A DNA stretch of 5,608 nucleotides from a virus (taxonomy: Duplodnaviria > Heunggongvirae > Uroviricota > Caudoviricetes), in IMG/VR virus record IMGVR_UViG_2695420613_000010; one strand, given 5' to 3'. Below, in pieces: positions 5,238 to 5,608 of the stretch. Made by a program: the position numbers and the translations under genes. Every line of letters starts with the position of its first letter. Position 1 is the stretch's first letter. Below the pieces are notes generated by a model, which saw nothing but the letters and a program-made list of their open reading frames with translations, had not been told where the DNA came from and made no database searches.

Positions 5238-5271
5238 TAAATTTTCCTCCCGGTAAAAATTACTTCTCAAC

Positions 5272-5608
5272 TCAGACAAAACCGGCCGCCTTCCGGCGCT
5301 CATATTCCTGTTTCAGCAATTCAATTGGCGTTGGCCCTGGCGGGCGTTTGGGTGCTGCCAGTTGTCGCCGGACTGGCGGAACACTGAGGCCATTACCAAC
5401 ATGCTTTGCCCATTTCGTCAGCTGCCTTTCCACAAGCCGTTTTAACTCCCCTTCGGTCATCTGGCGCTCAATCCCCTTTGAACGCATCTCGAGGCAAATG
5501 TGGTACAGCACCGGCTGTGGCCACGGGTATTTATCACTCCCGTCGTACCGCCAGGATTCATTCCTCCAGCGACGGTACTCCTCCATCACGGCATCCACCG
5601 TCAGGCCA
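5272..5608 (-). CDS. Hypothetical phage protein, 3' portion (5' end lies beyond the window)
   Basis: The open frame continues to the window edge with no upstream in-frame stop; the track start at 5598 is a GTG. The C-terminus is Pro/Arg-rich (...[32 protein letters not shown]). Product not recognised. Confidence 0.55.
   Translation of the reverse strand, partial: GLTVDAVMEEYRRWRNESWRYDGSDKYPWPQPVLYHICLEMRSKGIERQMTEGELKRLVERQLTKWAKHVGNGLSVPPVRRQLAAPKRPPGPTPIELLKQEYERRKAAGFV

Noticed and set aside
5013-5256. Plus-strand ORFs 5013-5240 and 5047-5256
   Set aside because: Antisense to the winged-helix protein gene; no SD.

Overview
The window reads as the early-right (nin-like) region of an enterobacterial lambdoid prophage, with every supported gene on the minus strand and no rRNA, tRNA, CRISPR array or transposase seen. 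Reading in the direction of transcription (high to low coordinates): a partial ORF running off the right edge, a conserved prophage protein with a winged-helix-like N-terminus, four translationally coupled small genes (74, 118, 62 and 103 aa), an AT-rich intergenic region, an unrecognised 187-aa ORF, two tiny hydrophobic ORFs (25 and 34 aa), a Hok-family toxin gene that looks identical to HokD/RelF, an intrinsic terminator, a rem-like ORF, a DUF968/YdfU-like protein with an HNH-like Cys/His motif, the Holliday-junction resolvase RusA, a coupled 51-aa ORF and a second terminator-like hairpin with direct repeats. The most interesting part is 2100-3446: from memory of E. coli K-12 Qin (quuQ-ydfU-rem-hokD-relE-relB), the relBE position upstream of hok is here occupied by the 187-aa protein plus the two small peptides, making this a candidate undescribed toxin/abortive-infection or anti-defence cargo module. 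All family assignments are from reading the translations and from memory; no database search was run.
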